A program made the position numbers and the translations under genes. 64,000 bases of DNA from Leucoraja erinacea (taxonomy: Eukaryota): NCBI RefSeq assembly GCF_028641065.1, contig NC_073387.1:12524001-12588000 (forward strand). The letters are read 5' to 3'. The notes under the pieces were generated by a model. The model was not told where the DNA came from and searched no databases. It saw only the letters and a list, made by a program, of their open reading frames with translations. Of the stretch, positions 50,019-62,809 are shown piece by piece (position 1 is the first letter of the stretch; every line of letters begins with the position of its first letter).

Positions 50019-50129
50019 CAAGCAGGACAAGGTCTAGGACCAGTATAACATCCAAGTGGATGGAGCAATCCACCCACATTCGATAACAATACACACAATT
50101 CACTCCATCTCAAATTGCTCAAGGAAACA
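50019..50129 (-). CDS. Possible further N-terminal exon of the SLBP2-like gene (VSLSNLRWSELC...PRPCPA)
   Basis: Polypyrimidine acceptor cttttcttatttctgttcaag, TG|gtatct donor, 111 nt, frame-preserving; no recognisable homology. Confidence 0.3.
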
Positions 50130-51379
50130 CTTGAACAGAAATAAGAAAAGTTTCTTTAGATACCCCATAACCCCTGCAGATAAATCTCATAAATAATGCA
50201 TTATCAAGCGAGCCACTTTCAATGCCAGCAATCCCAATCTAAAAAAAAGTTAAATCTTGTTCATTATTTTTTATCCTGGTCTACCTTTGTCCCCAATCTT
50301 AAATACAAACTTAACAAGTTATTTTAAAAAGGCTTATCATTTAATGTTAAGTTAATTAAAAACAAAACAAAAAATAGATAACTAGCTGCTAAGTTCAAAG
50401 TCACTACAACCTCTCAGCATGAGGATCATGAGCAAAAAGGCTGGACTGCATTATAATGATTATTACTCCCTCCCTCTATCTTCTTCACCATTATTATTAA
50501 GTGAGAGCTGCAGCCTTTAAATACCATACCATCATCAAGGGGTGGGCTTTGACTCACAATTCAACCTATTGTGCTGCTTCACAATAAATGACAAGGGTCA
50601 AGAGTTTTAATTTCTTTCATGAAATTTGTCATAAAGACCTGAAGAGATATTAAAATGTATATATTGCACACTAAAATCATATCTCTTCAATGGCTGATCT
50701 TTAAAAGTGAATTTATAAAATGCACAATGTTAAGATTCAATTGTATCTCGTTAGATGTTTAACCCTTCCCTGGCACACACACACAAAATTCGGATGCTCT
50801 GCTCACATTTTAAAATTTTAACTTTGATTTGCAAACTGATTTTTTAATTTGTCTTACAGTGTTTAAAGAAAGTTAGTGAACTTTGAATGTAAAATGTTCT
50901 ATTAGAATGCGGGTTCTATCTGAGCTAGATTAGTGCATGCTGGGATATCCAAAGTCCACAATCTTAACTTTCGAAGTGCATCCTAACTGAGAGAATTAGA
51001 GTGAGTTAATTAATATACTTCTTTCCTACAAGAAGTACTGTGTTGAAAGAACAATGGCATTTATAGATGATATATTTAGTGGGATCTTGTGACTCGCAAC
51101 ACAAAGCCTCTAGAATTACCTAAAATACATCTTCTCCTTTTAAGATGTCTTTAAAATCCACCTCCTTATTTCCTTCTTTGATTTGTATCTGATTTTTTAA
51201 TCAGATTTTGCCCTTATGAAACCTCTTATGTTTTACTATGCTTGTAGTGCCATGTAATAATACAACTTATCATTTGCATTGTGGCATGTTACGGACTTGG
51301 ATCTTTTCAGAGGTTTTTTTTTCCCAAGACACTGTAGTTAAAAGTGGATTACAGGAAACTAATTGACACTAAGGTATAT

Positions 51380-52155
51380 AAACAAACAGGTGCTGGTTTA
51401 CAAAAAAAACACAAAATGCTGGAGTAACTCATCAGGTCAGGCAGCATTCCTGGAGAACATGGATAGATGACATTCCAGGTCAGGGCCCTTTTTCCGACTC
51501 CTTCAGTCTGAAGAAGGGTGCCGACCCAAAACGTCACCTATCCATGATCTCCTCCAACCTCATCTACTGTATCCGGTGTTCTCGGCATGGACTCCACTCC
51601 ATCGGCGAGACCATGAGCTGACTGGACAACCATTTTGCTGAACATCTATGCTCAGTTCGCCTTGAGCTATGTGATCTCCTGGTTGCCAAACCTTTTAATT
51701 CCCCTTCCCATTCCCATTCTGGTCTTTTTGCCCTGGGCCTCCTCGACTGTGAGAGTGAAGACAAATGCAATTGGATGAACAGCACCTCATATTTCACTGT
51801 GGTGTGTATTTTGATTTCTCTAATTTCAAATAACCCCTGCAATCCCCCTCTCCGTTCCTCCTTAGTCGTCTTGCAAATTTCACTGTTCTTATCCCTTCAT
51901 TTTCACCTCCTCCTCAGGTGGTTCATTGTGGGCTCTTTGGCCATTTGAGCCTTCTCTGCTTTGTTTTGTACCTTTTCACATCTCTAGTTTCCCTCTCCCC
52001 TGACTCTCAGTCTGAAGAAGGGTCTCGACCTGAAAAGTCACCTTTTCCTGTTCTCCAGGGAAGCTGCCTGACCCGTTGAGTTACGCTAGCTTTTTATGGC
52101 TTTCTTCAGGGATGCTGCCTGACCTAATGTATTACTCCAGCTTTTTGTGGCTTTT
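51380..52155 (+). mobile_element. Penelope-like element 3' part: decayed GIY-YIG endonuclease with flanking pseudo-LTRs
   Basis: From ~51566 YCIRCSRHGLHSIGETMS*LDNHFAEHLCSV..VAKPFNSPSHS (GIY-YIG); hammerhead-like pLTRs at ~51505 and ~52009; inverted pLTR at ~51380-51495. Confidence 0.8.
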
Positions 52156-54329
52156 TTAATACTAAGGTATAACAGGTTAATTACTATATTGTATACCTTT
52201 TCAGCAGACTAGTCTTTCTGTATGTTGTGTGTAAGGCTGCATATTTGTATCAAATTAGGAATAGCATTATGTTGCTATTCATGACCACTGAAAAAATGGA
52301 CTAATCACATCCATTTCAAGAGGGACCTTTCCTGGCAGCAAACAAGACCTGGGTGAAGTTGCTTTGAATTCATTGATATCACACAATGAAGTGTAAATGT
52401 TGGCTACAACTAAATTTCACTTCATCTGGCCCAATATGCTCCCAAGTTTGGATTAGTTGTTGCCAAGGTTAGGACCTTGAAGTGGAAATTCCAGCCAGGT
52501 AATTCAAGCTTCCATGGAGTTGTGTAATTGTTCTGCTCTGCATAATCACGGATACCCTTTGTAATTTATTTTGAAGTTATTATAAATTACCGTGTAATGA
52601 TCTGGAGCATATTTAAATAATATGAATTATTCAAATTGAGGAAAAAATGAAAACTTTCAGATGATAATTATACCCTGAATCAATTGTCTAACTATTCCGA
52701 GTTCATCTCCTTTCCCTCATTCAAACCTTCGCTTCTCTCTGCAAGACTCTGACTGTCAATATGGATAGTTCATTGGTCATGATTAGCTCCCCTTCACTTG
52801 AGCCAACCATAAAAAAATCTTGGTCAACCTTTTCTCCACTGTCTCTAAAACTTTCTTGGCTCTCTAATGTGTGGTGCCTAGAGTAGAATGCACAATTTGA
52901 ACCGGGGCAAAACCTTGGGACTATATTTATGAAGGCCAGAAATCCACATGCTTGATTAACTGCTTTGTTGAATGTTCTTGGATATTCAAAACTCAGGTCC
53001 CTTCCATCGTCACCTTTTTAAAATTATAACACTTGGCCTGATTTTGTTTAACTCCCATTTTTTTCAACCAACTGACACCAGCCTCAAATATTTTGGCTGC
53101 CAGGAATGATGCATTAAAGATAATGCTCAATGGCTCAATAGTTCAAAGGTACTTTATTGTTATTCCCTTATCATACACTGTAAATTGCTCGATTGTAATA
53201 ATGTATTCTCTTTCTGCTGACTGGATAACACGCAACAAAAGCTTTTCACTGTACCTCGGTACAAGTGACAATAAACTAAACTGAAGTAAAAGCTCACAAT
53301 CATGAATAAGTCTAAAAGTGCAATGATTGTAGTGTAAAATTAGTAGATTTGACCGAGGCAGTGTACAAAGAGTCGCCATCTTGTGCCCTTCGTGTTTCAA
53401 GTTCTTAAAAGTAGAATCTAATCTTGACCTTAAAGGCCCATTGAGCTGCACTGAGTCGTTGTTGCAGGGGTCGGTCTTGCCTGGCGATGCTGTTGAAGTC
53501 CTCCACTGCGGCTCCACCACCCTGTGCTGTTGCAGCTGCCTCCTGCCTCCTGCCTCTGCACGCTCGGCCTCTGCGGTTCTCAATCCACATGATCCCCAAA
53601 CTCCTGCAGGGCCTCCAGCTGCCCACTCCATGGACACATTAACCCGCAAACTCATCATCCCCTCGCCTCCCGCAGTGAAAGCCTTTAGCTGCAGGATTCT
53701 ATTATACATAAAGTCCAAGACATTGTAAGCAATAAAAATGCCTTGCATATCTAATGCATTCCAAGGCCCTCCATCTGCATGCTTTGTCATTGTGGAGAAA
53801 ACAAGTCCTAGTCATGAGAGTAGGGTATGGGAAGAGAGTCCCTAAAATTGGACATGTCACATTGGGGTCAAAACTCAAGAGTTGTATGGGAACATTGGGC
53901 GACCATTGGTCATTATTTGCTGTTGGGAGGTGGTGGAGAGTGGTGAGATTGGGAGTTGCCATCAGGTGGGAAAGCAGTTGCGGATCTGACGGAGAACCAA
54001 AATGAGATGTACATTTTTAGCATTGGGGAGATTACTTAGACCCTGTGTCCATGTTGATATGTGCTATTTGGCCCAGCCCTGCAATACTAGCCTGAACATG
54101 TCAATGAAATTCATAAACATGGTACCCAAATGTGATTGCCATTGTGCAGATCTGGTTGATAGTGTGTCATATATAAGAAATAACTTAAAGCAAAATCACA
54201 TACAGGGATCAATGCACTAAATTCCAGATTATGTTTAGCAATGCGGCAATAGTAATGAAAACTCCCCACCTTCTACAGGTGCACGGTAGGGAGTATTTTG
54301 CTTTGTTCCATTGTGACCTGGTTCGGGAA

Positions 54330-55470
54330 CTCGAAAGCCTTGGATCAACGGGAATTCCAAATGTAGTGGACACCTCCCCGCCCATCTTGGGTACTGACAT
54401 CCCCACCATGGAAGGGATCTATAGGAAGCGCTGCCTCAAAAAGGCAGCCAGCATCACGAAAGGCCCACATCACACTGGCCATGCTCTCATTTCACTCTTA
54501 CCACCTAGAAAAAGGAGAAGGAGTCGGAAATCTGTGACCACTGGGTTCAAGAATAGCTTCTTCCCAACAACCATCAGGCTCTTGAACGCTAGACCACACT
54601 AACCTATGACCTGTGGACTGTCTTCGGTTGCACAAAGAACTTGCACTAAGAACTTTAGATATTAATGGGGTTATTCATTTATTAAAGTTTGTTTATCATA
54701 AATTATTTACGTGTATTTTGTCACAGGCCCATTAAGCAGCTACAAGTTCTATTGTCTATGCATATGACAATTAAACACTCTTGACTCTTGAATTTGTTTT
54801 CAAATTAAATTTCATCCAGAAGCACAAATAATATTAACAAATGTGACAGCATTTCTTGATTATGACCACATTTTTAATCTGCCATATGCCCATTCATCCC
54901 AACTGTCCTTTTACTCTTGAAGTCTTTACCCATCTTCCAGTTCATTCATTATTTTTCCTAATTGTGTATCATGTGCAGGTTTTGAAATTGTGCCTTGAGG
55001 TCACATTTCAATTCCAAGCCACTAATGATTCACTGTGGAGGTTTGCCAGATAGGTCCCCGGTACGGCACTAGGTCAACTAGTACTGGGTCCAAGTTGGCC
55101 CCCGAGACCATCTACACTTCCACCTGCCTGGGCAGGGACACCAGCATAATCAAGGACCCTGGTTACTCCCTCTTCTCCCCGCTTCACTCAGGCAAGAGGT
55201 ACAGAAGTTTGAAAGTGCATACCTCCAGATTCAGGGGCAGTTTCTTTCCAACAGTTATCAGGAAACTGAACGGTCCTCTCATCGGCTAGAGTACGGTCCT
55301 GACTTCCCATCTATCCCATTGGAGACCTTTGATCTGTCTTTAATATTATAACTTCCACTGAATGTGTATCCTTTATCCTATATCTGTGCACTGTGGACAG
55401 TTTGATGGTATTCACATAGTATTTTCTCTGACTGGATGGCAGGCAAACAAAGCTTTCAGTTTACCTCGGT
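54330..55470 (+). mobile_element. Two Rex1/Babar LINE 3' fragments (~54330-54790 and ~55100-55470)
   Basis: IYRKRCLKKAASI..HTGHALISLLP..FKNSFFPTTIRLLN; PGYSLFSPLHSGKRYRSLK..SFFPTVIR. Confidence 0.8.
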
Positions 55471-55604
55471 NNNNNNNNNNNNNNNNNNNNNNNNNNNNNN
55501 NNNNNNNNNNNNNNNNNNNNNNNNNNNNNNNNNNNNNNNNNNNNNNNNNNNNNNNNNNNNNNNNNNNNNNNNNNNNNNNNNNNNNNNNNNNNNNNNNNNN
55601 NNNN
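55471..55604. other. Assembly gap (134 N)
   Basis: Run of n characters. Confidence 1.
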
Positions 55605-58574
55605 AGAAGAATCAGAGGAAATATTATCAAAACACACAAAGTTCTGAAGCAGTTTGATACACTGTATATGGGAAGGATGCTTCCCCTGACTAGGGGGGTT
55701 TAGAATGAGGGGAAATTATACTGGAACCTGGAGTAAAGAACAAAGTCACCCTGTCACCCAGCATCTAATGAGTTAAAGAAATGGATCATAAAGAAGGATC
55801 AACAATTTAAGTCGAGATCTTACATTCTTATACAAGACCTTTATGTCTGAGATGAAGAGAAATGTCTTCAGTCAGAACATGGAATCCCCATGGAATTTCT
55901 CCACAACAGTGGGTTGTGGGGGCTAAGCCACTAAATGTGTTTGAGAAAGGAATAAAGTGAACAGCCACAAATATATCAAATCGTGCCAGTGCAGAGTAGG
56001 GACATGGCATTGAGGTATAGGATCAGCTACGATTATATTGAATGATGGAACAGGCCAAGTTCTTACTCCAATTTTCTTAAAGCAAAATTCAGAACATTTT
56101 GGGGAAGGTAATAAAAATATCTTGAACAGATCCTTTTCATTTTATCAGGCTGCGTTGGATTTGAGCGTACAGTATATTCTAGAGTTGAACGGCTGATGGA
56201 AAAACTCCTTTCCCTGAATATTGCTCTTTAGCTGAAATCGGGACTTTGCAGCTCAATTTTTGTAAATCATGACAAACTAAGGAAAGATACCAAGGATTTG
56301 AACAGAATACGATTGAAATTGAAAAACGAGAATTAAAAATAGTAAATAGTAAATACTATTTATAAATAATAAAAAAAGTAAATAGAGTAAATCGGGGGAT
56401 GGCTGGCTACAAATGCTTAGAGATTAAAGAAAGCAATTGAGGCAAGTACAGGCTTTAACCATTCTGAACTGCTCTAAAATTAGGATTAGCATGGAAGATG
56501 TTGCCACAGCCACACTCAGCAGGTCAGACATCATTTCTGGAAAAATAAATTGTGTTAACATTTCAGGTCATTGAGTCATGGAGTCATCGTGCAGACAGCA
56601 CAGGAACAGGCCCTTTGGCCCAACTCATCATTGCCGACCAAGATGCCCCGTTAAACTCGTCCCATTTTCCCGTATTTGGCCCATATCTCTCTAAACCTTT
56701 CTTATCCATGTTTTTGTCCAAGACCATTCTTAAGAATTTCACCGTCTGCAACTTAAAAAATGCTTGTTTTGTTTTTAACTCGTGGCAGTTTCAATGGAGC
56801 ATCTTCATCCTGAAACATTAACTCCGATTCTCTTCCCACAGATGTTACCTGATCTGAGCGTTTCCAGTATTTTACATTCACACATCTGATCTCGAGCACT
56901 TGCAGCTTGTTGATTTTCAAAGCAATTAGGAAGTTACACAAGCCAAACGTTATGCAAAATGGAGAAGAAAGAATGTAAAATATTTTGAGGAGGAATATTT
57001 TGATAAATTTGAGGCATTAAGGAACTGGGAGCCAAGACACATGAGGAAGTTCAAAGATCATAATGGGTGTGCCATAGGTTATTGAAATTTGGATCAATCT
57101 TTCTGTTAATGCAAGGATGACTGAGAATAATAGAATATGTAGTCTAATAATTGATAGTTTACAATTAAAAACACAGGATTAGGTGCTACACCAATTATTT
57201 TTCAGCACCCTTGGTTCCAGAGCCTTGCCGTAATTTGTGTTTTGCTGGACAAACAACGGTCACAGGCTTTGGGGCCGAGATACTGGCCCACAAAGCCAGC
57301 CGTGGAAGTCGGCTATGGGAATGGATTTGCCGGGTCTGGCTGGGCCAGAGTTCCAGGGCCCTGGCCACAAGGGGCAAATTCAACCTGCCAATTGCCATGG
57401 AAGTCCCGATGATGTTGAGATCGGTTTCCTCAGCCGGCCTGGGCACCACATTTTCGGGGGAGCTCCAGGGGGATTACAAGTGCGCTGTTATAATTTTGTC
57501 TGGATTAAAGGAGTGCCCGGACCATCTGTTGCTGGAAAATCGGTGGTGGTTCTGTATTGGGATCTCGAAGAATATCTTCAAATAACATTGGCGAAAATTG
57601 GTGGCTGACACTAAATGTGATTAATGTGATTAATGTTATGATTAACAATAGTTTCAGTACTTTTCTCCTTCATCGTGATAAAGACAATGATTTGTACCAG
57701 TTTCACAGACACATATCTTGCCCATCTACCTATCTCGAACACTGAGGAACAATTTGACATGTGAAGATTCAATTACTGCTGGACACATGTTGATGTAATT
57801 ATTGCAAGTTTAGTAAATGACAACTGTTTATTAGCTCTGAATTTAGACGATTTAATTGTTTGACCATATCACAATGTTAATGAACTTTGGTCAAACCTAT
57901 CTTATTCCAAACAAAGTATCCTCAGTGCCAAACTAACTATTTTATTTTTCTTCCTCAAAGATCACTGATACTCCCGTGATCACTCCTGTGACTTTCAGTC
58001 TGAAGAAGGGTCTTGACCCAAAACATCGGCCATTCCTTCTCTCCAGAGATGCTGAGTTACTCCAGCATTTTGTGTCTATCTTCGGTTTAAACCAGCTTCT
58101 GGAGTTCCTTCCTACACATCACTGAATCTTTTTTTGGATAGACATGGTAGCCCCATTGTTTCTTCATTCAATTAGTTTATTCTTCTTTGATAAACAGTCT
58201 GATGTTGTATATCACAGTAGATAAGCTTAACCAAATTAGGACAACCTGTTCTGATCAAATTTGCAGAAAACCCTGGTGAATGATGTAACACAAGGGACTG
58301 CGGCTGCTGGGTAATAAAATGCTGTATTAACTCATCGGGTAAGGCAGTATTTCTGGAGGACATGCATAGGTAACGCTTTGGGTCAATACCCATCAGTTTA
58401 ATTGTAGGGGAGATGACTGGAAAGGAGGTGGGGGCAGTTGCTGGTTTAAACCGAAGGTAGACACAAAATGGTGGAATAACTCGGCGGGACAGGCAGCATT
58501 TTTGGCTAGAAGGAATGGGTGACTTTTCTGGTCAAGAACCTTCTTCAGACTTCTTCAGATCTTCTTCAAGACTG

Positions 58575-58920
58575 AGTGGCGCAGAGCCTGGAAAAATGCC
58601 AACACCAACAACGGAGAGGCTCTCACAGACCTCACAGTGAAACCACCGGGTTTTGACCTCCATCACATGCAATGGCTAACCCTGAGCGGAATCTGCACCA
58701 TCCATGCAAGAACAGTCCACCACCTGCATAAGTGGGGGATGACAGACAGCCCTGCTTGCAACTGCGGACATCTAGACCAGACCATCCCACACATCGTGAG
58801 TGACTGCTCCCTGAGGCATTTCCTTGGTGGCATCAAAGCCAGTAACTGATGCTGTCCTGTCCTGGCTGTCTACCCTTGATCTACAACTTTAGGCTGTGCA
58901 CGCCATGCACAAGAAGAAGT
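58575..58920 (+). mobile_element. 3' end of a non-LTR retrotransposon (Ingi/Vingi-like) with C-terminal zinc knuckle
   Basis: KPPGFDL..W..LHKWGMTDSPACNCGHLDQTIPHIVSDC; ends in (aag)n; clade assignment from memory. Confidence 0.55.
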
Positions 58921-59919
58921 GATAAGTGGATACAAGTGAAGGGTTTTAATTGGCAGATGGGGAGACAAAGGGCAGGGATGGAGTGAAGACAAAAGATAAA
59001 GATAAGGAAAGATAAGGAAAGAAGAGGAGTGAAAATATGATGCCAGAGGAAGGCACTTATTGAATATTGTGCCAGTTATAACAACTAGCAACATTTTCAC
59101 CGGCATAGAGTCATACTCTTACTTCATGCACCTGTGCAGAAACTTGAGTTACTATAATAATTGAAACACATGGAATTGCAGATGCTGGAATCTTAGGCAA
59201 AACCGAAAGTGCTGGAGTGACTCAGCATTCCTTCTCTCGAGAAATGCTGCTTGTCCTGCTGAGTTACTCTTTTGTCGCTAACTTTGGTGTAAACCAGCAT
59301 CCACAGTTCCTTCCCACACATTATTTCAGCTAAAGTTGTTCAAAATTCTCCCATAAGAAATCTTTCCCTTTAAATTTCATATTGACTATCAACTTTGATG
59401 ACAGTCCCTAGTATTCTGATGGTGATCAAATATCCCATCATTGTGGTTCCCCCTTGATTGCTGATGCTCATCTCACCTACACCCCTGCTTCCTCTGCCTC
59501 AATGTTCATGACAGCATTTAACTAAATCTCGCGACTTAAAACTGTGCTCATGAAATGTATCAATTTCCAGTTACCCCGTTGTAATTTCCTCAGCCCTGAT
59601 TTAACATCTTTTTCCACAAATGTATATGAGGACCAATTTATGATAATAATTTTTCAAGCCAAGATACCGTTTGAAAGTGTTGGTAGACACAAATTGCTGG
59701 AGTAACTCAACGGGACAGACGGCATCTCTGGAGAGAAGGAATGGGTGACATTTCGGGTCAAGACCCTTCTTCGGACTGATTTTTAGAAAGTAGTTTACTT
59801 TTCAAAAGGAGTATAATGATGCCCTGTGGTGAACCTGCATGAGAGGTGTGTGCATAAGCTGCTCTCTAAATATTCTACTTTGGGACTCCACCATTCCAGA
59901 AGCCAAGGTAAGTTTTAAT

Positions 59920-60390
59920 TTTACAAGAATGATCCCAGGAATGAGTAGGTTAACATATGATGAGTGTTTGATGGCACTGGGCCTATACTGGCTGGAGTTT
60001 AGAAGAATGAGGGGAGACCTCATTGAAACAAACAGAATAGTGAAAGGCTTGGATAAAGTGGATGTGGAGAGGATGTTTCCACTAGTGGAGAGTCTAGAAC
60101 TCAAGGTCATAATTTCATAAGTAAAGGACGTTCTTCTAGGAAGGAGGAGGAGGAATTTCTTTAGTCAGGGTGGTGAATCTGTGGAATTTTTTGCCACAGA
60201 AGGCTATGTAGGCAGTCAGTGGATATATTTAAGGCGTAAATAGATAGATTTGTGATTAGTACAGGTGTCAGAGTTCATGGGGAGAAGGCAGAAGAATGGG
60301 GTTTCTAGGGAGAGATAGATCAGCCATGATTGAATGGCGGAGTAGACATGATAGGCAGACTGGCCTAATTCTGCTCCTATCTCTTATGAA
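59920..60390 (+). mobile_element. CR1 LINE 3' fragment
   Basis: FTRMIPGM..LGLYWLEFRRMRGDLIET. Confidence 0.85.
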
Positions 60391-60964
60391 TTAAAGAAAA
60401 TATATTTTACTTTTTGGTCTCACGGCAGAGCGAGATGTCTGTCAGGGAATGTTGTCGACTGGCCCATTCCAGGAGCACATGCTTTGGTGCAGCCAATGCA
60501 AAGGCTCTGTGGGGTAGGACCATAGTCTAGGGTCCTGGACATTGAGGGGCAGAGTCCGTTGGGAACAAGGGATGGGATTTCACCCCATGGAGCAACATGA
60601 GTAGCAGTGGTGTATTTTTGAAAGGGATTTTGTATGTTCTCCCTGTTACTGCGTGGGTTTTCTCCAGGTGCTCCTGTTTCCTCACACACTCCAGAGCAGT
60701 AGATGTTTGTATGTTAATTGGCTTCTATAAATTGTAAATTGTCCCTTGTGCGTCGGAGATACTAGTATATGGGCGATCGCTCGTTGGCACGGATACAGTG
60801 GGCTGAATGGCCTGTTTCCACGCTGTGTCTCCAAAGTCCAAAAGTATGAGCACTATTGAATGCATAGAAAATGTATGAGGAGTTTTTGGAGTTTTTATTT
60901 TGTATATATTTTTTATTTTGAATGCAGCTTATTTTTGATTATATCAATTGCACACACTGCTTTA

Positions 60965-61990
60965 TTAATAATAATAAATAATAATAATCTTTATTGTCAT
61001 TGTACAAGACAACAAAATTTTGTTGGAGCAGTCCTCCAGCTGCACAGGAATATGAATATAGAAATACGTTTAAAAAAGAACTATTAAAAAAATTTAGACT
61101 ATAAACATATAAGAGTATGGGTGGGTGTATGAGAAAGAGGGGGGGAATCAGTGTGGGAGGGGATAGAGTTCAGTAGTGTCACAGCTCTATGGTAGAAGCT
61201 GTTTTTTAGTCTTGTCGTGCAGGCGTTCAGTGTCCTGTATCGTCTTCCTGAGGGCAGGGGGGTGAAGAGGCAGTGTCCAGGGTGTGTGCTGTCTCTAATG
61301 ATGCCCTTGGCCCTCCGGATGCAGCGGGTCCGGTAGATGTCCTCCAGTCTGGGGAGCTGGGTGCCAGTGATCCTCTCAGCAGTCTTAATGACGCGTTGGA
61401 GAGCTTTCCTGGTCTCTGCGGTGCAGCCAGAGTACCATACTGTGATGCAGTATGTGGGAACTGACTCGATGGCTGACCTGTAGAAGCTCACCAGCAGCTG
61501 TTGTGGGAGACGTGCCCTCTTCAAGCACCTCAGGAAGTGAAGCCTTTGAAGTCCTTTCTTGGCCGTCGCCGTGATGTTGACGGTCCAGGTCAGGTCGTGG
61601 CTGATGTTGACCCCGAGGTACCTGATGTTCTGCACAGCCTCCACTGTCTCGCCGTTAATGGTGATGGGCTGATGGACGAAGGTCTTCGGTCTCCTCCTGA
61701 AGTCCAGGATCATCTCCTTTGTTTTTGCTGCGTTGAGGATCAGGTTGTTCTCACGGCTCCAGCTCACCAGGTTCTCTACCTCTGTCCTGTAGGCGGCCTC
61801 GTTGTTACTCGTGATCCTGCCTACCACGATGGTGTCATCTGCAAACTTTAATATGGTGTTGGCCTCGTGGGTGGGTTTGCAGTCGAGAGTGTAGAGGGAG
61901 AAGAGGAAGGGGCTCAACACACAGCCCTGTGGTGCACCGATGTTCAGGGTGATGCTGGAGGAGACCTGCCTCCCCATGCGTACAGTCACA
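60965..61990 (-). mobile_element. 5'-truncated Rex1/Babar LINE with uninterrupted 296-aa RT C-terminal ORF
   Basis: ORF 61099..61989 GAPQGCVLSPFLFSLYT..KFADD..NAAKTKEMILDFRR..YLGV..LPSGRRYR; 3' end TGACAATAAA-(att)n. Confidence 0.92.
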
Positions 61991-62399
61991 TTTCAGCAGG
62001 CCATGATGTTTGTGAGATTGTAAGACAGCAGAAAGTCACCAAACTCCAATGATCAAGAGTCAATAGTGTTTTATTGCCATATGTCCCAGATAGAACCATG
62101 AAATTCTTACTTGCAGCAGCACAACAGAATATGTCTAGTCAAGTTTTATTCATCACTTCCACACAAAGTGCAGTGAAATGAATTGCAAAGATTTGTCACT
62201 TGCACATAAAGTGCAGTGAAATGAACTGTAAAGATAGTACTCTGTGAACAATATAATAAACAAGATAATATTTAAATATACTGTTTAAGGGAAGGAGCTG
62301 CAGGAGCAGCATATGCTGCTTTAGCTATAAGATCTTTGCTTTAGACTGAAGACATATTTTGTATCTACCCTTTGTCGAAGGGGAACTGAGACCTGATTG

Positions 62400-62580
62400 A
62401 CACTCATCCTGTCCAATCATGTGGGCGACTGAGCCGCAGCCAATCGGCGCCGCCGCTGGGGAGGCAGGTCCCGCCCCCGTGACGCATAGGAGGAATCGGG
62501 CCGCGATTGGCCGCCTCGGATAGCAGGGCTGGCATTGGCTGCTGGGGGTTCGGCGTCACCGCGGGAGATTTAAAATCCAC
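62400..62580 (+). promoter_or_regulatory. CpG-island cell-cycle-type promoter (4 CCAAT boxes, GC box, CRE-like sites, CDE-CHR)
   Basis: CCAAT 62413 and 62440, ATTGG 62506 and 62534, CCCGCCCC ~62470, TGACGCA ~62480, CGCGG-gaga-TTTAAA 62560-62574. Confidence 0.75.
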
Positions 62581-62774
62581 CAGAAGCCGGAAGTGAGCGG
62601 TGGCGGCGGCGACAGCGGGGGCTGCAGCGGGTCCTTGTGTGCTCGTTCACTCGCAGCAAGAGGGTGGCTCTGGGCCCGGTCGCAGCCGAGGAGTGTGTTT
62701 AGTCCAGCCCAGCGGCGTCCACAGTCGCAGCAGATTTGCCTCGTACAGAGGGGAAAGCCTCTGCCCTGCGGGAG
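62581..62774 (+). other. Probable non-coding first exon of a plus-strand gene (CDC25C by synteny inference)
   Basis: GC-rich, ETS motif CCGGAAGT, no ATG, donor GAG|gtgagg at 62774/62775. Confidence 0.55.
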
Positions 62775-62809
62775 GTGAGGCTAAGTCGGCATAACATGAA
62801 CTGGCAACT

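Noticed and set aside
52207-52287. Exon-like segment with good acceptor and AAG|gtatac donor on the minus strand
   Set aside because: The frame that would join downstream slbp2 exons contains a stop and both ATG-initiated frames terminate; could be UTR but unsupported
53143-53790. 215-aa minus-strand ORF upstream of slbp2 exons
   Set aside because: Crosses repeat-like segments including a Rex1 3' UTR; no homology recognised and no convincing splice sites
56149-56231. Plus-strand exon-like segment encoding CVGFERTVYSRVERLMEKLLSLNIAL*
   Set aside because: No partner exons or plus-strand promoter upstream; peptide not recognised
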